From the NCBI RefSeq assembly GCF_009914755.1, contig NC_060925.1: DNA of 64,000 nucleotides, one strand, 5' to 3'. The position numbers and the translations under genes are program-made. Position 1 is the first letter of the stretch. The number at the start of each line of letters is the position of its first letter. The notes beneath the pieces were generated by a model. It worked only from the letters and a program-made list of their open reading frames with translations. It ran no database searches and was not told where the DNA came from. The DNA is from the human T2T-CHM13v2.0 reference genome, Homo sapiens. Shown here piece by piece: positions 17,726 through 36,860 of the stretch.

Positions 17726-18042
17726 TTATGGTTTGAACAGTGTTCTTTTTATGCTCAAATATGATTGTGAAATAGTATTTCTTTCAGTTTAGTGAGGGGG
17801 TAACTTTGTCTGATATTGGTGTTGTGAAATTTTTAGTTTTAACCATACAACACCATGGCCTAGGTGTTTGTCAGACCAGCTCTAGCTCAGAGCAGAAAAG
17901 GCTTACCTTTCTCTTTCTCAGAAATGACTATGGAAAGCAGTAAACAACAAGGGCCGGGAGCTCTTGTTGTGGCTCAGGCCTGTAATCCCAGCACTTTGCA
18001 AAGCCAAGGGAGGCGGATCACTTGAGGTCAGGAGTTTGAAAC

Positions 18043-18746
<704 letters not shown>

Positions 18747-19060
18747 TTATTTCCACCTATCTTTTTGTATCTCTATCTAGTAAAATATCAATTAACTTTA
18801 TGGGTATAAAAGACATTTTCAGACATGCAGTGTCTCAAAAAGTTTATTTCTAAGGTAACCACTTTATAGGAGGTCTTGAAGGATATGCATCATCAAAAGG
18901 AAGAAGTGAGTGAGGAATGCACCCCCTTGAGATCCATGAAGCAGGGGATCTAACAAGAGAGAGGTCATGGAAATCCCAAGATGGTGCAGTAAAGAGAGAT
19001 ATTATGATAACAGCTGTGAGATAAGCCTGAAGAGCAAGTCATCCAGAATGGAACATATAG

Positions 19061-19485
<425 letters not shown>

Positions 19486-19865
19486 TAAGGTTTTAAAAGT
19501 CACGTCATGAATGAACCAAGATTTCAACCCAGAAATTGAGGCTTCACCACAAGTGAAGACTGGGGTTTTCTTGTTTTCAATTATTGGGAGTTTTGGATTT
19601 CCAGGAATGTGCAATTGTAAAAACCCAGCTTCAGGAGGTGATGAAATAGGTGCAGTGGCTCTGGTGTAAGCTCTGAAGCCCCAGGCTCAGGCTCTATTGA
19701 AAAATTACTTTTGCTGAAATATTCCTGTTTTTAGGAACTTCCATGGAACTTGAGCCTTCACGCAGCATATTTTGGCATCTGATTCAAAGCTAATAGAGGT
19801 CCGGAGGATTCCCAGGATTAAAGTCTTTAAACAGAAAGTGTGAATCTTGCCTAAGCAAAAGGTGC

Positions 19866-19939
19866 CATCCCTGGATGGGCTTGCACCACCAACCTTTCAG
19901 TTAACAGTCAAACGCGCTAACCGATTGCGCCACAGAGAC
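19866..19939 (-). tRNA. TRN-GTT: tRNA-Asn(GTT)-like gene, probable pseudogene (B box damaged)
   Basis: GTCTCTGTGGCGCAATCGGTTAGCGCGTTTGACTGTTAACTGAAAGGTTGGTGGTGCAAGCCCATCCAGGGATG, 74 nt, followed by a TTTT terminator. Confidence 0.9.
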
Positions 19940-20291
19940 TCCAATGGCTTGTGTCTTAAACTCATTTGCTGATACCAGAAATGGCTTTTTAACCTCTGGC
20001 TGCAGATAATCTCATGTATTTGATGCCTGTCCAATCCCGCGCACTCCAGAAACCCATAATACGGGAGACAATGAAGCCAAGAGTCGAGTCTTTGGGCACT
20101 TTGGACGTTCTACTCTGGCAGAGTCAGCTGGGGGACTCCAACGGCCAAAGGTCCACCTGCTCCTCACCGTCTGCTCTTCACTGCTTCCTCCGCCTGCTCT
20201 TCACCGTCTCAAAAGTCGCCGGCCCCTCTACAGGCGACAACTGCAGCTTCTCAGGCGAAAGTCACTCTCTTTCCCATTCTTAGCCCCGCTC

Positions 20292-20787
20292 ACACCTTGC
20301 ACTCACAGTCATTTCTGCCAGGCCTGGGCCAGCAGACGCGCGCGTGGGAAGGACCAGAACCCGTGGTGTCCTCACTGCGTCCCCCTCGGGTCCTCAGAGG
20401 TGGGATCCACAGGAAAGGGACCTGGAGTTTGCACAGGCTGCAGCCCTTCGCCCAGAGCCACCCTAGCACCTAGTAGGTGCCCAATAAATGCTCGGTGAAG
20501 GAAGGCATTCCACCGCAGGGTTTTAGGAGAACCATGAATTCCCGGGTGAAAATTAAGGGTTTAGTCCTACTAAGAAGTCTGGAATATAGAGACCTGAACT
20601 GTTTCTCAAAGGCAGCTGTTCTTGTATCCCCAGAGCCGGTTTAGAATCCAGCAAAGGCCCCTGCCCAGTGGATCCCACCTCTGGAGACCCGAGGATAGTG
20701 CGGTGGGGGGCACCGCGGGTTCTGGTCTTTCCCACGCTCACGTCCACCGGCCCAGGCCCAAAGGAAATGGCTGTGAGAGCAAGATGT
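20292..20787. repeat. Diverged inverted repeat, arms ~20292-20423 and ~20655-20787
   Basis: gcgtgggaaggaccagaacccgtggtg vs caccgcgggttctggtctttcccacgc; cagaggtgggatccac vs gtggatcccacctctg. Confidence 0.85.
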
Positions 20788-21682
20788 AAAGATAGTTACA
20801 AATACCAGCTAGGGCCAGTGACAGTTGCAGAAATGAGGACTTGTAATAGTTAGGAGTATTTCTTCATTATTTTGAGATGAATACATTTGGTTATATGTTA
20901 ACCAATACTTTTCTTGAGAATTCTCGTCTTCCATCATCCTCGCTATCATATTCATTAATAATTAACTTTTAGAAATCTCAATATTTAGGTTACAGGATAG
21001 CAAATATGGAATGTGATCTAGCTAAAAAAGGAGTGAACATCATTCAAAGACAAATAAAAGACTTTATCCTGTTGGGGAAAGGGTTGGCATATTTTCACTG
21101 AATGAGAAAAAGTATGATTTTCCTATTGTCTTTATCTGAACCTTAAGTATGGCTTTACAAGGAGGAAAAAGGAGGAAGAAGAGAAAGAAGAGGATGAGGA
21201 AGAGGAAGAAAAAAGGAGGAGGAGGAAGGTGCACATTGATGCCACTTTGAGAAGAAGTGGACTGTGGTGGATTTGTAATGTATCAGTTTTGCCAAGCTGA
21301 ATGCACATTTCCCAGATTTGCCATCTTTAGATAGCTCTAGGTTAGCCTGGGCAACAGGAGACACTTGGAAGATAGAATTCGAGTGGCTGTTACACGCTTT
21401 TGTATACTGGGAAGGGCGTTGTTACAGCTCAGGCATGATCTTCATCTTCCCTGACCCTTGGACTGGTGGGTGTTTTGCTTCTTGATCTAACATTAAGGTT
21501 AGAAGTTGCAGGATTCCAGCAGGGTTTTGTCACATCCAATCTGGTTTAAGTTCCCATATTATTAGGAAAGCTTTAGGGTGCTTCAGGAAAACGCTTTTTA
21601 AAAAATCAAATTTGGAAAATATCAAATGGAATTACAGGCAATAAGCATAACCCAGTGGAAACATGAATCAAACCCTCTAGAG

Positions 21683-21770
21683 CAGGGTTGTCTAAATTTT
21701 GGCTTCCTTGGGCCACACTGGGAAAAAAAAAAAAGACACTTGTCTTGGGCCCAGCATAATATACACTAAC
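21683..21770 (+). mobile_element. MER30-like DNA transposon 5' fragment
   Basis: cagggttgtc...ttttggcttccttgggccacactgg...ttgtcttgggcc...tacactaac. Confidence 0.65.
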
Positions 21771-21779
21771 TGCAACTGA

Positions 21780-21794
21780 ACCGTGCGTGTAAAG
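21780..21794 (+). promoter_or_regulatory. Orphan U1-type PSE core ACCGTGCGTGTAAAG
   Basis: 15/15 identical to the PSE at 36627-36641; no snRNA downstream. Confidence 0.45.
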
Positions 21795-21830
21795 CTTGTA
21801 AACAAAATCTGTCTGTAAAGTCTGTAAACA

Positions 21831-22095
21831 GGCCAGGCGCGGTGGCTCAGGCCTGTAATCCCAACATTTTGGGTGGCCGAGGCGGGCGGATAACTTGAGG
21901 TCAGGAGTTTAAGACCAGCCTGGCCAACATGGTAAAACCCTGTCTCTACCAAAAATTCAAAAAATTAGCCGGGCCTAATTTTTTAGTGGCCTGCGCTTGT
22001 AATCTCAGTTACCTAGGAGATCGAGTATTCTCTGGCTGAGGCAGGAGAATAGCTTGAAGGCAGGAGGCAGAGGTTGCAGTAAGCCATGCACTCCA
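21831..22095 (+). mobile_element. Alu, rearranged and tailless
   Basis: Alu motifs with small insertions and a truncated 3' end. Confidence 0.85.
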
Positions 22096-22422
22096 GTGAA
22101 CTGTTTGCTGTTAATAAATGTTTACAGTGGGCTCCCATAGGGAAAAGAAAAGCTTAGTTTTATTTCTATAGAACAAAAAAAAAAGTTAAGAGATTAGTAG
22201 AGACGGGTCCACCATATTTGACCACACTGACATCAAACTCCAGAGCTCGAGCGGTATTAACATAAAGTTATCAATGCATCTCACAGACTACTGAGATTAC
22301 AAGCGTGAGAACCAACCACTACCTGACAAAATCTTTACTTTGAAAGTAAGTGACAGATGGGAACAAAGACCTGTTTATTAGTTTATACTAACGCGTTGTA
22401 TATGCTTCCACAGCAAACAAAA

Positions 22423-22436
22423 TCCACTTTTAAAAC
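22423..22436 (-). terminator. snRNA 3' box (GTTTTAAAAGTGGA)
   Basis: 10 nt downstream of the U1-like 3' end; near match to GTTTN0-3AAARNNAGA. Confidence 0.65.
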
Positions 22437-22446
22437 GACAGCAATC

Positions 22447-22614
22447 CAGGGGAAAGCACAAACAGTTCCCCACTGCCACAAATTATGTAGTCGAGATTCC
22501 CTCATTTGGGGAAATCACAGGGGTCAGCACATCCAGAGTAAAATTGCTAAGCCTTGCCCTGGAAAAACCACCTTCGTGATCATAACATTTCTTCTGCCAG
22601 ATAAATATAAGTAT
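22447..22614 (-). ncRNA. RNVU1: Variant U1 snRNA gene / U1 pseudogene with its own promoter (168 nt, about 20 differences from canonical U1)
   Basis: ATACTTATATTTATCTGGCAG...GATCACGAAGGTGG...AATTTGTGG...CTTTCCCCTG; PSE at -60, DSE and 3' box present. Confidence 0.9.
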
Positions 22615-22654
22615 AAGCTCACACCCCTCCGCCCCGCCGCAGCCTCATATTCCT

Positions 22655-22830
22655 CACCCTTTACACGCAAGGTCACTTGCGTCACGCGCATCCCGGAGCC
22701 ATCCTAGCCCTAACACACAGCTGCGACTCTCCGGTCCGACCAGCGGTCCCAGACTTGCTCCCACGGCACGGGAACTCTTTCGTGGCAAAGCAGCAGCCCC
22801 TGCGCTGCCTCATCTACATAGAAATCGCCC
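22655..22830 (-). promoter_or_regulatory. U1 promoter: PSE (~22655-22678) and DSE octamer ATGTAGAT (22812-22819)
   Basis: aagtgaccttgcgtgtaaagggtg; gggcgatttctatgtagatgaggc. Confidence 0.85.
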
Positions 22831-22895
22831 TCTCCGTGATGTCACCGACAACGCCTTCCGGATCCCCGTCTGCTCTTCCGCCTCACCCAACGCCC

Positions 22896-23986
22896 CTCAG
22901 CGGACCTACCCGCTGTCGGAGCCGGCGGGGGAAGTGACTTATGCCTGTCCCTTCTTTCCCTCCTGTCCCCGCCCCTCGTCTGCCGCAATGAAGCGGGTAC
23001 TTAATCTGTGTCCTGTGGAGGTCCCACTTGGCAGCCAGCTGGAAGCCCGTGCACCCTTCTTCAAATAATGGCTTTCAATGAGCAGACTAGGACGTTTAGG
23101 ATTACAAAGGAAACCGATTCCTTTCAAACCTGGTTATCTTTATGATGTGGCACTGTGTGCATATCTTCGTTAAAACGCATTGAAGGCCACTGCACTCCAC
23201 CCTGGGCGACAAGAGGTGACTGTGTCTCAAAAAAACCAAAAACACTCCCCCCTCACCCCAAAGCATTAGACGTCAAGGCTGGCAGGGATGTCTGTTCTCT
23301 TGAAAGTTCAATATCAAAATACTTGGAAATTAAACTAAAATAGTAGAAGCAAGAACAAAAATTAAGTTGAAGATAATGTCAAGAATATTTCCCACAAACC
23401 AAAATAATAATGTAAAAACAGGAGAGAAAAGTTCAGGAAGGTAGATGTCCAAGGTCCATACGATTAGCATGCGTATCAGAAAGAGGATAGAAAAAAATCA
23501 GTACAATAATTCAAAACACTTTCCATACCAATGGATTGAAACTACAGTGAATTTAAAGTATTGAATTGATATTGAACTTTCAAGAGAACAGACATCCCTG
23601 CCAGCCTTGACGTCTAATGCTTTGGGGTGAGGGGGGAGTGTTTTTGGTTTTTTTGAGACACAGTCACCTCTTGTCACCCAGGGTGGAGTGCAGTGGCCTT
23701 TAATGCATTTTAAGGAAGATATGCAAACAGTGCCACATCACAAAGATAATCAGGTTTGAAAGGAATCGGTTTCCTTTGCAATCCTAAACGTCCTAGTCTG
23801 CTCATTGAAAGCCATTATTTGAAGAAGGGTGCACGGGCTTCCAGCTGGCTGCCAAAGGGGACCTCCACAGGACACAGATTAAGTACCCGCTTCATTGCGG
23901 GAGACGAGGGGCGGGGACAGGAGGGAAAGAAGAGAGAGGCATAAGTCACTTCCCCGCTGGCTCTGGCAGAGGTTTGGTCCCCTGAG
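22896..23986. repeat. Long inverted repeat of U1 far-upstream sequence, arms ~22896-23317 and ~23566-23986
   Basis: ORFs 22939..23127(-) and 23756..23944(+) are near-identical; direct reverse-complement match of the arms. Confidence 0.95.
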
Positions 23987-24100
23987 TGCTCCTTTCTTGT
24001 AAGCAGTTCTTGTTTCATATTTTCACTATCTCTGACACTGTTAACTGTACGATTTTTTTTCTTCTGTACACAAAAAAAAGTTTGTTTCAATAGTGAACTA

Positions 24101-25072
<972 letters not shown>

Positions 25073-25149
25073 TTATCTATTTTCAATTCTAAGTGGCTTG
25101 GTATAGGTTTAGGCAGGCTACCTGGAAAGAAAGAAATAAAGAAGCAGAA

Positions 25150-25651
25150 TGTACTGAGCCACCCCCTCCACCTTCCTTCTTTCCCTTTCACCCAGTGGCC
25201 AGGCATCTATCGGTGGGGGCCCCCTCATCTACCCCTTCCCCGCTCCACAAAGAAATTTAGTTTAAGCTAGCTTGCAACATAGATAATTGTACCCTTTCTT
25301 ATCAGCTAAGTGCAGCCACTAGAGCCGTAAGTCAAATGTTTGAAAAATCCTGAGAGTCATAATGCATCGTGTGCTGCAATAAAATGCAGCAGAAAGACCC
25401 TAAAGAATGTACTTGAAGAACAATCAATAGGTGATGTCTAGGAAGATTGTGGAAGGCTAGTACTCAGCCTATGAGGAACTGAGGGAGGGACCTGTGCACT
25501 AGGGCGTAAATTGCTTGTTGAAACTGTGCTGGGTGTGCCTGCATGCCAGACACCCGATCTTGCAAGACCGTCATTAAAAGTCTCACTTTCGCTGTTCTCT
25601 GGGTCTCTGAGTTCATTGTTTGGGTTTAGACAGGTGAATTTGTTTCTCACA
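25150..25651 (+). mobile_element. ERV1 solo LTR (LTR10-like)
   Basis: TG...CA; 3' part gatcttgcaagaccgtcattaaaagtctc...gtttctcaca with ATTAAA. Confidence 0.6.
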
Positions 25652-26234
25652 AATTTGATTGGATTGAAGGATGAAAGTATTGATCCTGGGCGTATCTGTG
25701 AGGGTGTTGCCAAAGGAGATTAACATTTGAGTCAATGGGCTGGGGAAAGCAGACCCACCCTAAATCTGGTGGGCACAATATAATCCACTGCCCATGAATA
25801 TAAAGCAGGCAGAAAATCATGAAAAGGCCAGACTGGCCTATCCTGCCAGCCTACGTCTTTCTCCTGTGCTGGATGCTTCCTGCCCTGGAACATCAGACTC
25901 CAAGTTCTTCAGTTTTGAGACTTGAACTGACTTTCCTGCTCCTTAAGCTTGCAGACAGCCTATTGCAGGACATTGTGATTGTGTAAGTTAATACTTAATA
26001 AACTCCTGGCCAGGTGTGGTGGTTCACACCTGTAATCCCAGCTCTCAGAGACGCAGAGGCGGGAGGATAGCTTGAGCCCAGGAGTTGGAGACCTGCCTGG
26101 GCAATATAACAAGACCCTGTTTTCCACAAAAAGTAAGAAAAAAAAAGACAAAAAAAGTAAGTGTAATACTTAATAAACTACTTTGTATATCTATCCTATT
26201 AATTCTGTCTGTCTAGAGAACCCTGACTAATACA
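25652..26234 (+). mobile_element. MLT2A-like ERVL LTR interrupted by a BC200 retrocopy
   Basis: ttgattggattgaaggatg...ctagagaaccctgactaataca. Confidence 0.8.
26008..26166 (+). pseudogene. BC200 (BCYRN1) retropseudogene, 3'-truncated
   Basis: BC200-diagnostic cccagctctcag, ggatagcttgagccc, gagacctgcctgggcaatata and an A-rich segment ending taagtgtaa; TSD taatacttaataaact. Confidence 0.85.
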
Positions 26235-26259
26235 GAGTCACATAAAAATATGAGCCTCA

Positions 26260-27380
<1,121 letters not shown>

Positions 27381-27559
27381 GTTTCTCTGTCAGACGTTTA
27401 AAAGCATGAGATCTTTTGTTTCCTTTTCCTGTGAGTTAATCTTACCTGGATCCGGATAAAGCAGATAAGAAGGTCTCAGAGAAAGCCATTTGCAGTTGAT
27501 GTTTACTTCCTCTACACATGCTAATCTCCCTGACAAAAGGACAGCTTTTCATAGGTATT

Positions 27560-33730
<6,171 letters not shown>

Positions 33731-33732
33731 CT

Positions 33733-34805
33733 CTGAAACTACTTTTGCAAAATTATGACAATCAGAGAAATCTGACATGGCTGACTCCATTTTGGTTCTA
33801 GCCTCACAGGCTAGCTGTCTTTGCTCATTCCTGCACAATTTCTCCCAAGCTATTTTTGGGAAAAATTGAGTTTATAGTTCAAATCAGGGGTCCCAAACCC
33901 CCAGGGCCACAAGACAGGTATTGGTCCATGGCCTGTTAGGAACCCAGCCAAACGGCAGGAGGTGAGCTGCAGGCTTTCGAGCATTACCACCTGAGCTCTG
34001 CCTCTTGTCAGATCAGCATCAGCATTAGATGCTCATATTAGCTTGAACCCTATTGGGAACTATGCGTGTGAGGGATCCAGATTGTGCACTCCTTATGAGA
34101 CTCTAACTAATGCCTGATGACCTGAAGTGGAACGGTTTCATCCGGAAACTATCCACCACCCCCTTCCATGGAAAAACTGTCTTCCATGAAGCCAGTCCCT
34201 GGTGCCAAAAACACTGGGGACAGCCAAAAAGTTTGGTTAAAATGATAACCTTCCCCAAAGCTAAATTACCCCTGTAAAACTAATGAAAGGCCACCAAGTT
34301 AGGAGGATGAAAGGGACCTGAATTCTACTAAGATGTATGCCTCATTAAATAATCACCAGCCATTATTCCAGAGGTCACAAGATTTGCAGCTTCCCCAGTT
34401 ACTGCTGTGAAGAACATCACTATTGTAGAACCTAAGATTGGCCTCTTGAGATGTCTTTTCAGGCTTTTGCATTTCTGACTACTGGATGGCACCATTTGGC
34501 CCGAAAATCAATCAGTCCCTTAGCTCCCACCCAGAAGCTGACTCAATGCAGGAGGGCCATTTTCCACACCCCTGTGATTTCATCCCCAACAATCAGCACC
34601 GCCCAAGCCCTAGCCCCCTCCCCACCAAACTGTCTTTGAAAAAACCCTTACCTCCAAGCCTTCAGTGAGATTGATTTGAGTAATAACTCTGTCCCCTACA
34701 TGTCATGGCTAGCCTGTGTCAGTTAAACTCTTTACTGCAATGCCATGGTCTCCGTGAATTGATTTTGTGTGTACAGTGGGCAGGAAGAACCCATCAGGTG
34801 GTTAC
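33733..34805 (+). mobile_element. LTR8-family LTR with MER1B (33885-34230) inside
   Basis: tgaaactacttttgcaaaattatgac...gaacccatcaggtggttaca; related to 61057-61699. Confidence 0.7.
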
Positions 34806-35096
34806 ATCTGCAGGATGGTGCCAGTTCTTTCCACAAAGGCTGGTCAGATACCCAGAAAGTATTTCTCCACTACTACCTGGACAATGTGTCTCCCAGTCAG
34901 TCTACAGGGAATGGGGTCTGGATCAAGTATTTCACATTCAGCAGTTACTACGCTGTCACCTAATCCCTCATTTTCAATATTTTGCCATGTCTTCCAGTGG
35001 CCTAACTGGCCACCATGCCACAGAATCTTTACTTTGTGGTCTCCAAAGAAGAATTCTCCATTTGATGTTTTGTGATTTGAGCAATGGAATAGAATC

Positions 35097-35648
35097 TGAT
35101 ACTGGTGGGCTGGGGGAGGTCCCCGGACACTGGTAGGATCTCGACCCCAGCTGTGGTGTCCAGGCTCTTGACACCATCTCAAGAATGAGGTCAAGGATGA
35201 GTTAGCAAATAGTGAAAGAAGAGATTTATTGCAAAGCAGAAAGTACACACTCAAGAAAGGGGAGTTTGGGCATACCTGAGAGAGAACAATGGGTTCTGGG
35301 GTTTCATCTCAATGGGTTTCTTTAACCAAGGAGTGGAATATTGATGAAAATTCCTGGGTAAAGGTGGAGATTTCTCAGAACTGTGGTGCCATCCATTTTT
35401 ACATCAAATATTGGTCTCAGAACTGTCATGGCACTGGTGGGTGTGTGATTTAGTATGTTAATAAGCGTATAATGAGGGCCTAGGTAAAACCTACGTCAAA
35501 TCCAGCACCACATTGGGTCCAGTCAGTCTTAGCCAGCTTGGTCCACACCCTGGTTTTTCAGCATCTTATCAGCCCATAGCCTCAAGTCATGTAAATCTGC
35601 TGCCTAGAATTTGTTATCCTGTGACCACCCTGTATTATTCCTGTCTCA
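35097..35648 (-). mobile_element. ERV1 solo LTR (MER66/MER41 group)
   Basis: TG...CA with 4-bp TSD aatc; minus-strand AATAAA near 35225. Confidence 0.65.
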
Positions 35649-36457
35649 AATCTACTTGTAAATATTCAAATGGTCTTTGACTTGGGAATTCCAACTTTGC
35701 TTACTTCACAGTGTTTCCTGCATTATAATCCCATATAAGAAAAGATGATCCAGACATTTGTTAAGCATCACAAATAAGATGTATCCCAGGTATTTTTGTC
35801 AAATTTGGATTATTTTGGTTTTGTCTTTGCAGAATATAAAAAACTAACACGAGGTAAGCAATAAGGTCTGGAGATGGCTGTGCAAAAGATGACAAAGTGC
35901 AACACCACATTTGAGAGTGTCCAATCATTTCTTCTGTGGCAGCATATTTTTCCACAATACTGAATTTGGAAAAAAATAAAAATAAAAATAAAAAAAACTA
36001 CAAGATTCATTAAACTTGACAACTGTTTTTATAACATTACCAGTGATAAAATCAGTAAGGAAGGCTGGTTTGCAGTCATCTGAGAAGCCTCTTTACTTTC
36101 ATAAATATGGTTTCTCTGTGACATTGAACGGCTTCCAATTTCAAGCGGAATGCTACATTACAAGGATAAGTATGTGAAGAAAACCGGTTTCTTTTGTAGT
36201 CCTAAACGTTCTAGTCTGCGAAATAAAAGTCATTATGTGAAGAAGAGTACCCAGGCTCCATCTGGCCACCGAAAGTTTGCTTCACAAGATAGGCTAAGGA
36301 CCAGCTTCTTTGGGCGAAAACAGATGCCGGGGCGGGAGGGAAAAAGGGAGAGGCAGACGTCACTTCCTCTTGCTGGTTCAGGCAGCGGGTTGGTCGGCTG
36401 ACTGGCAGAAAGGCAGATGGGGCCTGGGAAAGGCACTGTCGGTGACATCACGGATAG

Positions 36458-36646
36458 GGCGACTTCTATGTAGATGAGGCAGCGCAGGAGCTGCTGCTTC
36501 CCCACCTGCTGCTTCGCCTCGAAGGAGTTCCCGAGCCTTGGGAGCGGGCTCAGGACCGCTGGTCCGGCCGGAGAGTCCCAGCTGTGTGTCAGGGCTAGGA
36601 GGGCTGGGGGGTGCGCGGGGCAAGCGACCGTGCGTGTAAAGGGTGA
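36458..36646 (+). promoter_or_regulatory. U1 promoter: DSE octamer ATGTAGAT (36468-36475) and PSE (36622-36645)
   Basis: gggcgacttctatgtagatgaggc; aagcgaccgtgcgtgtaaagggtg; CpG-rich. Confidence 0.9.
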
Positions 36647-36674
36647 GGCGTACGGGGCGGAGGTGCAGGAGCTC

Positions 36675-36836
36675 ATATTTACTTGGCAGGGGAGATAACA
36701 TGATCACGAAGGTGGTTTTCCCAGGGCGAGGCTTATCCATTGCACTCCAGATGTGTTGACCCCTGCGATTTCCCCAAATGTGGGAAACTCGATTGCATAA
36801 TTTGTGGTAGTGGTACTGCGTTCGCGCTTTCCCCTG
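36675..36836 (+). ncRNA. RNVU1: Variant U1 snRNA gene (162 nt; C4T, C9T, C24A, G75A, C82T, C119T, GGGGG>GGT in SL4)
   Basis: Aligns to canonical U1; 70K loop, U1A loop ATTGCAC and Sm site intact; DSE, PSE and 3' box present. Confidence 0.95.
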
Positions 36837-36846
36837 ATTTTTTGTA

Positions 36847-36860
36847 GTTTCAAGAATACG
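36847..36860 (+). terminator. snRNA 3' box-like GTTTCAAGAATACG
   Basis: 10 nt downstream of the U1 end; resembles the U1 3' box GTTTCAAAAGTAGA. Confidence 0.6.

Noticed and set aside
36233-36740. 147-aa and 120-aa ORFs, with similar ORFs at 22357-22937 and 62377-62791
   Set aside because: GC-rich U1 promoter and U1 antisense; the similarity reflects cassette duplication and the frames are not conserved
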